Positions 35,801 through 45,783 of a DNA stretch of 64,000 nt are shown here, piece by piece. The stretch spans positions 62,001 to 126,000 of the forward strand of contig NIVC01001867.1 of NCBI GenBank assembly GCA_002269645.1. Direction: 5' to 3'. Position 1 is the stretch's first letter. Every line of letters begins with the position of its first letter. Made by a program: the position numbers and the translations under genes. Source of the DNA: Macrostomum lignano. Lineage: Eukaryota. The notes beneath the pieces are model-generated. The model was not told where the DNA came from and made no database searches. It was given only the letters and a program-made list of their open reading frames with translations.

Positions 35801-38800
35801 ATTCACAAACATCAGGTTCCAATACAGATGAAGCCTCGCATTGGGCTCCAATCTTGTAGATTAGAGTTCCTCCAAAAGATTGCTGCGAGAACACCTTGAA
35901 ATTTACATGAGCTGAACTGGGCAGCTTCGTTATGAACGCCAAGCCAAGAAAAAATACCGCGTAATATTCTACTTCTAATCCTTCTTGAAAGTAATCACAA
36001 AAATAGATTCAATAGCAAATATGAGTAAATATTCTGATTAAAAATCTAAGTTAAACATATTACAAAGTTACATACTCGTAATGATCGGGTAAATTTTAAG
36101 GCCCAACAATACTTTAAAATTTTCAGAAAAAGATATTTCATCATCACCGTCTCAGTCACCGGAAACTCCGAGCCCGAGAACTCCGTCTGAAGCACCGGAA
36201 ACTCCGAGCCCGAGAACTCCGTCTGAAGCACCGGAAACTCCGAGCCCGAGAACTCCGTCTCAATCTCCAGAGACTCCGAGCCCGAGAACTCCGTCTCAAT
36301 CTCCAGAGACTCCGAGCCCGAGAACTCCGTCTCAGTCTCCAGAGACTCCGAGCCCGAGAACTCCGTCTCAGTCTCCAGAGACTCTGAGCCCGAGAACTCC
36401 GTCTCAGTCTCCAGAGACTCCGAGCCCGAGAACTCCGTCTCAGTCTCCAGAGACTCCGAGCCCGAGAACTCCGTCTCAGTCGCCAGAGACTCCGAGTCCG
36501 AGAACTCCGTCTCAGTCGCCAGAGACTCCGAGCCCACGAACTCCGTCTCAGTCTCCAGAGACTCCGAGCCCGAGAACTCCGTCTGAAGCACCGGAAACTC
36601 CGAGCCCGAGAACTCCGTCTCAATCTCCAGAGACTCCGAGCCCGAGAACTCCGTCTCAATCTCCAGAGACTCCGAGCCCGAGAACTCCGTCTCAGTCTCC
36701 AGAGACTCCGAGCCCGAGAACTCCGTCTCAGTCTCCAGAGACTCCGAGCCCGAGAACTCCGTCTCAGTCTCCAGAGACTCCGAGCCCGAGAACTCCGTCT
36801 CAGTCGCCAGAGACTCCGAGTCCGAGAACTCCGTCTCAGTCGCCAGAGACTCCGAGCCCACGAACTCCGTCTCAGTCTCCAGAGACTCCGAGCCCGAGAA
36901 CTCCGTCTGAAGCACCGGAAACTCCGAGCCCGAGAACTCCGTCTCAATCTCCAGAGACTCCGAGCCCGAGAACTCCGTCTCAATCTCCAGAGACTCCGAG
37001 CCCGAGAACTCCGTCTCAGTCTCCAGAGACTCCGAGCCCGAGAACTCCGTCTCAGTCTCCAGAGACTCCGAGCCCGAGAACTCCGTCTCAGTCTCCAGAG
37101 ACTCCGAGCCCGAGAACTCCGTCTCAGTCGCCAGAGACTCCGAGTCCGAGAACTCCGTCTCAGTCGCCAGAGACTCCGAGCCCACGAACTCCGTCTCAGT
37201 CTCCAGAGACTCCGAGCCCGAGAACTCCGTCTCAGTCTCCAGAGAATCCGAGCCCGAGAACTCCGTCTCAGTCGCCAGAGACTCCGAGCCCACGAACTCC
37301 GTCTCAGTCGCCAGAGACTCCGAGCCCACGAACTCCGTCTCAGTCGCCAGAGACTCCGAGTCCGAGAACTCCGTCTCAGTCTCCAGAGACTCCGAGCCCA
37401 CGAACTCCGTCGCCGTACACGCCTTCTGCAACGCCCGGAACTTCTACCGTCTGTGAGGAGTGGACCGACTGGATCAACCTCGACAACCCGTCTACCGGTG
37501 AGGGCGACATTGAGACCATCGACAAGGCCAGAGACCGCTGGCCCGGATTCTGTCCGCAGCCAATCAGCATCCAGTGCAGAGACTCCGACAGCAAGAAGGA
37601 CGTCACCGACATTCCTCAGGAGCTCATCTGCGATGTGAACCAGGGCCTTGTGTGCAAGAACGAGCACCAGTACCCGACCAAGTGCCTTGACTACGAGGTC
37701 CGCTACTTCTGCGAGTGCTTCGGTAGGTTTCTCTCCGGCTTGGTAATATCTTAATATTTTTATGATCGGCTCCTCTTGCCTCATCGTTCTACACCTATTT
37801 GACTGCATTGCGCGTTGCACATCAGAGTTAGGTGTTATTCTTAGGTAGAGGCACGTACAGATTATTAGGATAAGCTGTGTTTGTAAACAGTTAACAGCAG
37901 AGTTATGTATTTGGATCGAGTCGAAACAAGAGAGTTGAAAAGCGTATTGCAGTTTAATTTGCTCTTCAAGCGACTATCTGCGGGGAATTCAGCAATAGAC
38001 AAGAGCTGTTCAATATTAAGAAGCATTCTAGAATATTCCATACGTGGAAGGTGAATCTGCTTATTAAATCAGAACATATCAGTAATTGACAATTACATGC
38101 ATAGCATTGAATTTAGCTTAGTAGAAATTACTCGTATTCTACTTGCAATTTTTTTCATTTTTGCTTAGAAAAAACCGCAGATAATTAGAATACCTAGATG
38201 GGCCACTCAGCACACTTGCGTGTAAGCTACTTTCAGTTCAGTAGTAAGTTAAATAGAAACATATTAATGTATTTTTAAAGCCAAGGCTCATTAACTGACT
38301 ATTACCCCCAGCTTAAACCCTCTAACCGCGCTTTTCCACACTACCCTCCGCCACGCCCACCCCAATTTTTATTGCCTTTCTTGGAATTCCAGCCTAAAGC
38401 TGGCATGTACATTTCAGTTGGACTGGCTGATGCACATTACTGCTTAACCAATCAGCAAGTTGTTTACGCCTGCAAGCTTGGGCTTCCTAACTTATCAAAG
38501 TCATTTTACTGGCCTTTATTTACGTAAAATAGCTTATGCATTCTTCTTTGCTACTGAACTGAAAGTAGAAAGCTGTTTTACGAGTGACTACGACGTAAGT
38601 ATGCATTAAAGGCCAGCGAGGTCGTTTGAAAACACAACACCTGATATTCGTAATTTCAAGTGTACAAAGCTACATAAGATGAAATGTTTACCAAGCAAAA
38701 GAAATTTGAATTTCAGAGACGCAGACTCCTTCCGAATCAACAAGGACTCCGAGCCCTCGAACTCCGTCTCAGTCTCCAGAGACTCCGAGCCCGAGAACTC

Positions 38801-41800
38801 CGTCTCAGTCTCCAGAGACTCCGAGCCCGAGAACTCCGTCTCAGTCGCCAGAGACTCCGAGCCCTCGAACTCCGTCTGAGTCGCCAGAGACTCCGAGCCC
38901 GAGAACTCCGTCTCAGTCTCCAGAGACTCCGAGCCCGAGAACTCCGTCTCAGTCTCCAGAGACTCCGAGCCCAAGAACTCCGTCTCAGTCTCCAGAGACT
39001 CCGAGCCCAAGAACTCCGTCGCCGTACACGCCTTCTGCAACGCCCGGAACTTCTACCGTCTGTGAGGAGTGGACCGACTGGATCAACCTGGACAACCCGT
39101 CTACCGGTGAGGGCGACATCGAGACCATCGACAAGGCCAGAGACCGCTGGCCCGGATTCTGTCCGCAGCCAATCAGCATCCAGTGCAGAGACTCCGACAG
39201 CAAGAAGGACGTCACCGACATTCCTCAGGAGCTCATCTGCGATGTGAACCAGGGCCTTGTGTGCAAGAACGAGCACCAGTACCCGACCAAGTGTCTTGAC
39301 TTCGAGGTCCGCTACTTCTGCGAGTGCTTTGGTAAGTTTCTCTTGGCTTCAAGGCTATCTGGAACATTTTTGTAATCTGTTTCTCAGACTTTATCGTCAC
39401 TCTCCTTCAAAAAGATTGGTTCTAAGAGCGTAAACCTATTCGACTGCGCGTTGCGCAGAAGAGTTTGGTTAAATTTATAAAAACTACGTATAATTTCCTA
39501 TATTCAAACAGTTAATTTACCTTGCTTAGATAAAAGTAATTTTGTGTTCTACTATCGAATGGAGGCTTACCTAGAAGGAGAGAGTTAATAATTTTCCAGC
39601 TTATCACTGAAATTAAATACCTACTACCCGTAAAAACTCGAAAAGGAAAGATTTTAACTTCGTAGAAATATTTTCCTCTTCAGTGAAAGACTTTGTTTTT
39701 AAAGTAATATACGAGTACATATATAAACTAAATAAAGATATATACGAGTATAAGCTTTCCCAAGCAGTAAAAGTTTCTGCATTGAAGGGTGGTATTTCAT
39801 TGAGATACAGTTGATAGTTTCTACAGTACAAAGCTACATACGCTCGTACTCGTACGTTGGAAAGTTAACAAACACAAGAAATTTTAACTTCAGAGACGCA
39901 GACTCCTTCCGAATCAACAAGGACTCCGAGCCCTCGAACTCCGTCTCAGTCTCCAGAGACTCCGAGCCCGAGAACTCCGTCTCAGTCTCCAGAGACTCCG
40001 AGCCCTCGAACTCCGTCTCAGTCTCCAGAGACTCCGAGCCCGAGAACTCCGTCTCAGTCTCCAGAGACTCCAAGCCCAAGAACTCCGCCTCAGTCGCCAG
40101 AGACTCCAAGTCCGAGAACTCCGTCTCAGTCTCCAGAGACTCCGAGCCCAAGAACTCCGTCTCAGTCTCCAGAGACTCCGAGCCCGAGAACTCCGTCTCA
40201 GTCTCCAGAGACTCCGAGTCCGAGAACTCCGTCTCAGTCTCCAGAGACTCCGAGCCCGAGAACTCCGTCTCAGTCTCCAGAGACTCCGAGTCCGAGAACT
40301 CCGTCTCAATCTCCAGAGACTCCGAGCCCGAGAACTCCGTCTGAAGCACCGGAAACTCCGAGCCCACGAACTCCGTCGCCGTACACGCCTTCTGCAACGC
40401 CCGGAACTTCTACCGTCTGTGAGGAGTGGACCGACTGGATCAACCTGGACAACCCGTCTACCGGTGAGGGCGACATCGAGACCATCGACAAGGCCAGAGA
40501 CCGCTGGCCCGGATTCTGTCCGCAGCCAATCAGCATCCAGTGCAGAGACTCCGACAGCAAGAAGGACGTCACCGACATTCCTCAGGAGCTCATCTGCGAT
40601 GTGAACCAGGGCCTTGTGTGCAAGAACGAGCACCAGTACCCGACCAAGTGCCTTGACTACGAGGTCCGCTACTTCTGCGAGTGCTTCGGTATGTACTGCA
40701 CCACCTGATTTTTCTCAGTGCAACTACTGGTACGAACTAATTGGCACTTTTGTCAACAATTCTATCGTTTGTTTCAGAAACGCAGACGCCGTCCGTATCA
40801 ACAAGAACGCAGAGCCCAAGGACGGTAACACAGGAAACTACAATCGGTAAGCTCATATTTCGATAGGGAAATACGAGCGTAATATTGCTTTATTAATGTT
40901 TTTTAAATTAACAAATTGCTACCTTTCCTAATTCGTTTCAGTCACGAAGAATAAGGAAGAAAGTAAGGAGCCTGTATATGCTGTTCTTTCATAGTGTTTT
41001 TTTCTTGAGCTGTACATCCTCTGCTAAGCCTATGTCGCTACCTTAAAGCTCTTATAGTGCCTACAGTCCTAAAAAGTCTTTACGTTCGATTTTAACAAAA
41101 CTTTCTTTGTTTGTCAAGTCTGTTCATACAATATTATCGATTGGGCAATTCATTTCGATACACTGCAGTGGATTGAGATGTGAACTGGGAATTACAAGAC
41201 AACTACGAGCTACATGTACAGTACATGAAAACGTAAACGCGCAAGCTTTAGCTGAGGCTGAAACTCGTATATAAACCGTATAGAAGAAGCACACAACCAA
41301 ATGGGGTCATGGTCTCCAGACGAACTCATCTAATCTGATTGTTTCAGCTGGAGAAACGGCCACGACGAAGGAGAGGCCGACGCCACCGACATGGTCCACG
41401 CCACCGCCGGGCGTCTGCCCGGGCGTGAACGACACTTCGCTGTGCCCCGCCCGGTGCCCCGCGCCTCTCATGTGCGACGGTCTGAGCTGCGTTGAAGAGT
41501 GCCCATGCATTATTGAGGGCCGCAGGATCAAGGTTAGCGCTTTGTGCAGTACAAATGGGTACAATTCCTGAGTTAGTCTCGAGCACAATTTCTTTAGTGT
41601 ACATGTAGTATAGGTGCTACGGCCTTGGAACATTTCATGCATACAAAGTTGAGTACTAGGCAACAAAACTTAATGAAACGATATTGTCTTGCAGCCTGGT
41701 CACGTGATTAAGACTTCGGACTGTCAGCTGTGCACCTGCATCAGCAACGGCATCTACCATTGCACCCCATTTGTTTGCCCAAGCTGTCCGCCCGGAAAGC

Positions 41801-43559
41801 AGCTGATTAGCTCGGGCCCACCGAGTTGCGAGTGCGAGTGCGAAGAAGGCACTACAGCCGGCGGCAGCACCACAGCCAGCGGCAGCACCACAGTCGGTGG
41901 CAGCACCACAGTCGGTGGCAGCACCACCGTCAGCGGCAGCACCACCGTCAGCGGCAGCACCACAGCCGGCGGCAGCACCACAGCCGGCGGCAGCCCCACA
42001 GCCGGCGGCAGCACCACAGCCGGCGGCAGCACCACATCCAGCGGCAGCACCACAGCCGGTGGCAGCACCACCGTCAGCGGCAGCAGCGCCACCACCAGCG
42101 CAATCTTTACCACAAGCAAGGAACCGTCCCTGACGACAACTGGGCCTCGAGGCGTCTGTGTCTACCTCAGCAACCAGACCGAGAATGTCTACAGAGACGC
42201 CAACCGGCCAACAGACCTGATACAGATTGAACTCGAAATCGGCGACGTCCGCAAGGAGGGCAAGTGCCGCGTTTGCATTTGCTACGAGAGGTCTGGCCAG
42301 GAGCCGGAGCTCGTGTGCAAAGACACCGCCTGTCCGCCTGTCCGTGACTTTGAGTGCGCTGTCCAGTCGCGCGCCCAGCCCGGTGAGTGCTGCCCCCACG
42401 TGGAGAAATGCCGCTGCGAGATTAACGTCCAGGGCAAGTCGATCTACCTGAATGAAGGCGAGACTCACTGGCTGAGCAACTGCCGCGGAGTTCGGTGCGA
42501 GCGGAACCCGGATGACAAGGACTACTACAACCGAGTGATCGAGGTGGACACGCACAGGTGCTGCATCATTAACGGAACCGAGGTCGCCATCGGTGAGAAA
42601 ATTCCGTCGCATGAGAAATGCTACGAGTCCGAGTGCGCCAAGCTGCCCAACGGCGAACTGCGGGTCCAGGAGAAGCAGATCAAGTGCCCGCAAGTGCAGC
42701 CCTGCAGGCCGGGCGAGAAGCCCAAGCCAGACGAGTGCTGCGAGTCGTGCCGCCTGCCATGTAAGTTACTGATGGCTTTATCGGACTCTGAACTTGTAGT
42801 GTAGCTGCCGCAAGGAAACTGCGAGTAAATAGCCTATCAATATTGATGATAATAATAAGCCGTTTGATGTGGCTTAGCTGCCAAGACTTGATCAGAGACA
42901 TCAGAGAAATTTGCAATAGGGTGTCCAGTCACGAGGTGCCACCTGTTGAAGGTCCAGAAGCTCCACCTGGGGGAAGGCTTGTGACCAACGAAGTCAGAGC
43001 TGGTGCAGAGACACATGTAATGGACGTGCTGATGAAATCTTGAAGCTTGGCAAGGCCTCACTCAGGCGCTTAGCTGATTGGCGCACAGGGGTGTATTGAG
43101 TACACTGGCGCTTATGGGAACAATCCGACCTGTCAAAATCGTTGAATATCTTGACGGTCCAGAGGCCTATCAACTTGACACGCTCGTACTTGTTTACGTG
43201 AAACTTTATTTTCTCCACAAACCGCACCCTCAGCAATGGACGACTGCACGAACTGTACACTCAAGACCTACTCGCCCCTGCTGAGCACAATCGGCATCTT
43301 CAAGGCCAAAGTGAACAAGGCCGAATGCGAGAATCGGGAAGTGGTTGAAGATCTTCAATACTGCTCCGGCTACTGCCAGCCCTCAATGGCGGAGTGGGTG
43401 CAGGACCTGTACCTGAACCAGGGCAGCTCGCACTACTGCTGCCAAGCGGTGAGCACTCTGAGCAGGCCCATCAAGCTGACGTGCCCCGACCAGTCAGTGC
43501 ACACGAGGAACTTCCGCACAGCCAAGTCCTGCCAATGCCAGCCGTGCAGCGGACCATGA
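14860..43559 (+). CDS. Gel-forming mucin / hemolectin-like secreted protein; 24 exons, ~4556 aa
   Basis: Exons 14860-14915, 15022-15047, 16344-16437, 16746-16957, 17263-17908, 18936-19201, 19354-19700, 20579-20842, 21235-21730, 21849-22089, 22219-22515, 22610-25040, 25260-25404, 25485-26204, 26538-27605, 28230-29312, 29705-30331, 36127-37722, 38717-39331, 39894-40688, 40778-40846, 41348-41532, 41695-42760, 43234-43559. Total 13671 nt, all GT-AG with matching phases. Signal peptide MRSAQSELAAALLICLAAGLVSG; EGF (CRNGGVCEAPNQCRCPPGYGGPLC); three VWD (WGDSSYRTFDG, VGDIHYQTFDG, WGLGHFETFDG) with C8/TIL; WxxW/CysD domains; F5/8C; cystine knot (CSGYC..CC..CQCQPC). Confidence 0.92.
15165..15600. repeat. 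Intronic 20-bp minisatellite (GGGTCAAGTAGGTCAGGGAT)
   Basis: Tandem array in mucin intron 2; a related shorter run lies at 16440-16610. Confidence 0.9.
16266..16279. promoter_or_regulatory. Perfect palindromic RFX X-box (GTTGCCATGGCAAC)
   Basis: Exact 14-bp palindrome in mucin intron 2, ~65 nt upstream of the exon 3 acceptor. Confidence 0.6.
17085..17240. repeat. Short degenerate repeat (GGACACTCAATCACCC)
   Basis: Fills most of mucin intron 4. Confidence 0.85.
18193..18767. mobile_element. Short dispersed element with an internal 17-bp array (GTGTACAGAGGCCCTAA x25, 18290-18714)
   Basis: The flanks match 50373-50528 (TTACTGCCCATTC..CCTGAGCAGG..CGCGCGGATACGTACGCAGTC..ACTCACAC..TTATCGTTAGGCATGTACACTTCACTGTGCCTTGGGG..TTGGCCC). 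The array is 425 nt = 25 x 17. Confidence 0.85.
22610..25040 (+). CDS. Mucin exon 12: VWD3-C8-TIL, two CysD (WxxW) domains, Thr/Ser tract, start of F5/8 type C domain
   Basis: Contains DKGGDCECFCANVAHY..C, WTRWMN, WTQWIN, and AWTADTKDSTPWIEV..FVGLRTQGR. Confidence 0.92.
25485..40846 (+). CDS. Mucin exons 14-21: symmetric phase-1 cassettes, mostly [PTS repeat + CysD]
   Basis: Lengths 720, 1068, 1083, 627, 1596, 615, 795 and 69 nt are all multiples of 3 and flanked by phase-1 introns. The 36-bp repeat encodes SPETPSPRTPSQ; exon 17 carries a 30-bp repeat encoding TTSPRAPEES. Exon 18 (36127-37722) is missing from the ORF track because it has no start codon. Confidence 0.9.
30873..35610. repeat. 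26-bp satellite (ATGGGCTGGCACAGGCCTGCCTGTTC), ~180 copies, in mucin intron 17
   Basis: 4.7-kb highly homogeneous tandem array; variants have CACGCC or CCTGATC. Confidence 0.97.
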
Positions 43560-43775
43560 AAGGGCGAACAATATCTATTAACAAACTCGCAACCAGCTTT
43601 CGCGTGAATGCTAACAACTAAATCACAATTGACCCTCCCCGCCGAACACACTCTGACCCCCCATGATAGTTGCTATTCTATACTTTCCAGGCTATCAATT
43701 ATGAGATTCCAAGTAGTGCCCTCCTACGACTAGATTTGAATACAAAATATTAAATGTGACACATTTTAGTTATTC

Positions 43776-43781
43776 AATAAA
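43776..43781 (+). terminator. Polyadenylation signal of the mucin gene
   Basis: AATAAA 217 nt after the stop codon, followed by T-rich sequence. Confidence 0.65.
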
Positions 43782-44067
43782 GTTTTGATTAATGCTGATT
43801 ACAGACAGGTAAGCTACTTTCTTGTTTGACGTCTATCTCTTAATTAAATTGTCGAGTCTGGCCACAGATACCAGAATAACTACATGTCACTCGCAATTAA
43901 AATTGTGAACCACTACAGCGTCTACTCTGTCAGTAGTTTTTCTGCACAGTGTCACTTTAATTTAACGACAGCTAAAATTTCCTTTCCTTCCTCGGGAATT
44001 GCGGCCTCAAGAGCAGATGGGGTTAAGTATGAATTGAACGACTAACTCGATGTATACAAGTGAACGC

Positions 44068-44275
44068 CTAGGGGGCAGGCAGGCCCAATCTAGCTCAGCC
44101 AATGAGAGAGCAGCAAGGAGAGAGGGCTAAGTAAGACGAACAAAACTCACTCTAAGGGGGGCAGGCAGGCCCAATCTAGCTCAGCCAATGAGAGAGAAGC
44201 AAGGAGAGAGGGCTAAGTAAGACGAACAAAACTCACTCTAAGGGGGAAGGCAGGCCCAATCTAGCTCAGCCAATG
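44068..44275. repeat. ~85-bp direct repeat, ~2.5 copies
   Basis: GCAGGCCCAATCTAGCTCAGCCAATGAGA recurs at 44079, 44165 and 44250. Confidence 0.9.
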
Positions 44276-45231
44276 AGACAGCAGAAAGGAAGAGGTCAAA
44301 CTCAGACACAAGCGAGCAAGAGGAAAACCTGTTTATTGACCTGGCTGGGGCTCGCTAACTCGCACACACGCACTGGATTTGGCATTTTCAAGGGACTTTC
44401 CCGAGAATTGATTTGTTTTTTAAACAATTTCGAGTCTGAGGCAGTCTGCAGTCGGTAAATCAGGATTAAGAAGCTGATTTAATGGGTTTGCGTGTAGAAA
44501 GCCAGAGGCGATTGTTGCAGCTTTATGAACTTTAAATATCTTGTAATTGTATCATATCATTATAAAGGCCAAAAACGCCAACTCTGCTACTAAAGCAAGT
44601 AGATCAAGCGCATTTTTTGCGAGTGACATGTCAAGATATATGGTAGTATATCTGTGAGTCCGACAAAGAAGTGAAGCCGCAGAAGAGATCTATAAATGCA
44701 TATCACATTAATCGTATTGGTCAGAAGACGCTGACCCAGAGACTGCTATATTTATTTGGTTCTACGCATCAGCATGCGAAGGTCGCGCGGCTCTCACTCG
44801 AACTAAGGGAGCGAAAAACAACGAAACTGCGGTCAATGAAAGGAGCTCAGTGCCTCAGATTTGCACAGGCAGGAAGAACTCATAAGCGAAAGAAAGGCCA
44901 GCAGTGCCGCATCGGTCCAGACAGGTCGAATAAATAAATAATGAAAGAATTTAAGAAACATTAATGAATGAAAACCGAGCTCTCCAGTACATACTAATAA
45001 CGGAATGATGCAATATAAAACCTCATTTAGCTGCATGGCAACTGCAAATATCTCAAACTACGAGTGTAAAGAGTGCACGGCCGCACACAGGCATGAATAT
45101 GAATTTGTAGGCATTGAAAACTAGCTAAGTTTACCATATTTTTAACGCAAAATGACGATCAGCCGCAAGAGCTGCGACCAACAGCTGGTCACTAGATAAA
45201 GTTCACGATGAAGCTAATTTCAGAGAGGAAT

Positions 45232-45620
45232 CAGCATTAGGGATTCAGCATACAGCATTAGGGATTCAGCATACAGCATTATGGATTCAGCATACAGCAT
45301 TAGGGATTCAGCATACAGCATTAGGGATTCAGCATACAGCATTAGGGATTAAGCATACAGCATTAGGGATTCAGCATACAGCATTAGGGATTCAGCATAC
45401 AGCATTAGGGATTCAGCATACAGCATTAGGGATTCAGCACTCAGCATTAGGGATTCAGCATGCAGCATTAGGGATTCAGCATGCAGCATTAGGGATTCAG
45501 CATACAGCATTAGGGATTCAGCATGCAGCATTAGGGATTCAGCATACAGCATTCAGCATACAGCATTGGGGATTCAGCATACAGCATTAGGGATTCAGCA
45601 TGCAGCATTGGGGTTCAGGA
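45232..45620. repeat. 21-bp minisatellite (GGGATTCAGCATACAGCATTA)
   Basis: Visible tandem array just downstream of the MIGA stop codon. Confidence 0.95.
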
Positions 45621-45783
45621 CTAAGCAGGCATTATTCCTGTGCAGAGATTCAGCATTCTAACAAACAGCAGCATGCAATTCAATACCAGAACAGAAGAAT
45701 CAACAGAGACAGCAGAGAGAAAGACTCAGAAACAGGAGAACACAAAGGAAAATGACGCGGACTAAAACACAGGAAGGGGAAAC

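Noticed and set aside
36155-36156. Acceptor CCGTCTCAG|TCACC for mucin exon 18
   Set aside because: Wrong frame after a phase-1 intron; the acceptor at 36125-36126 gives the repeat frame and a 1596-nt exon.
28203-40633. Arg/Ser-rich and Glu/Ser-rich ORFs in other frames and on the - strand (RSSRARSLWRLR, SESLETETEF)
   Set aside because: Shadow frames of the 36-bp coding repeat; only the SPETPSPRTPSQ frame splices in phase and continues into CysD.
45030-45042. X-box-like GCTGCATGGCAAC
   Set aside because: Only the right half-site matches; too weak to call.
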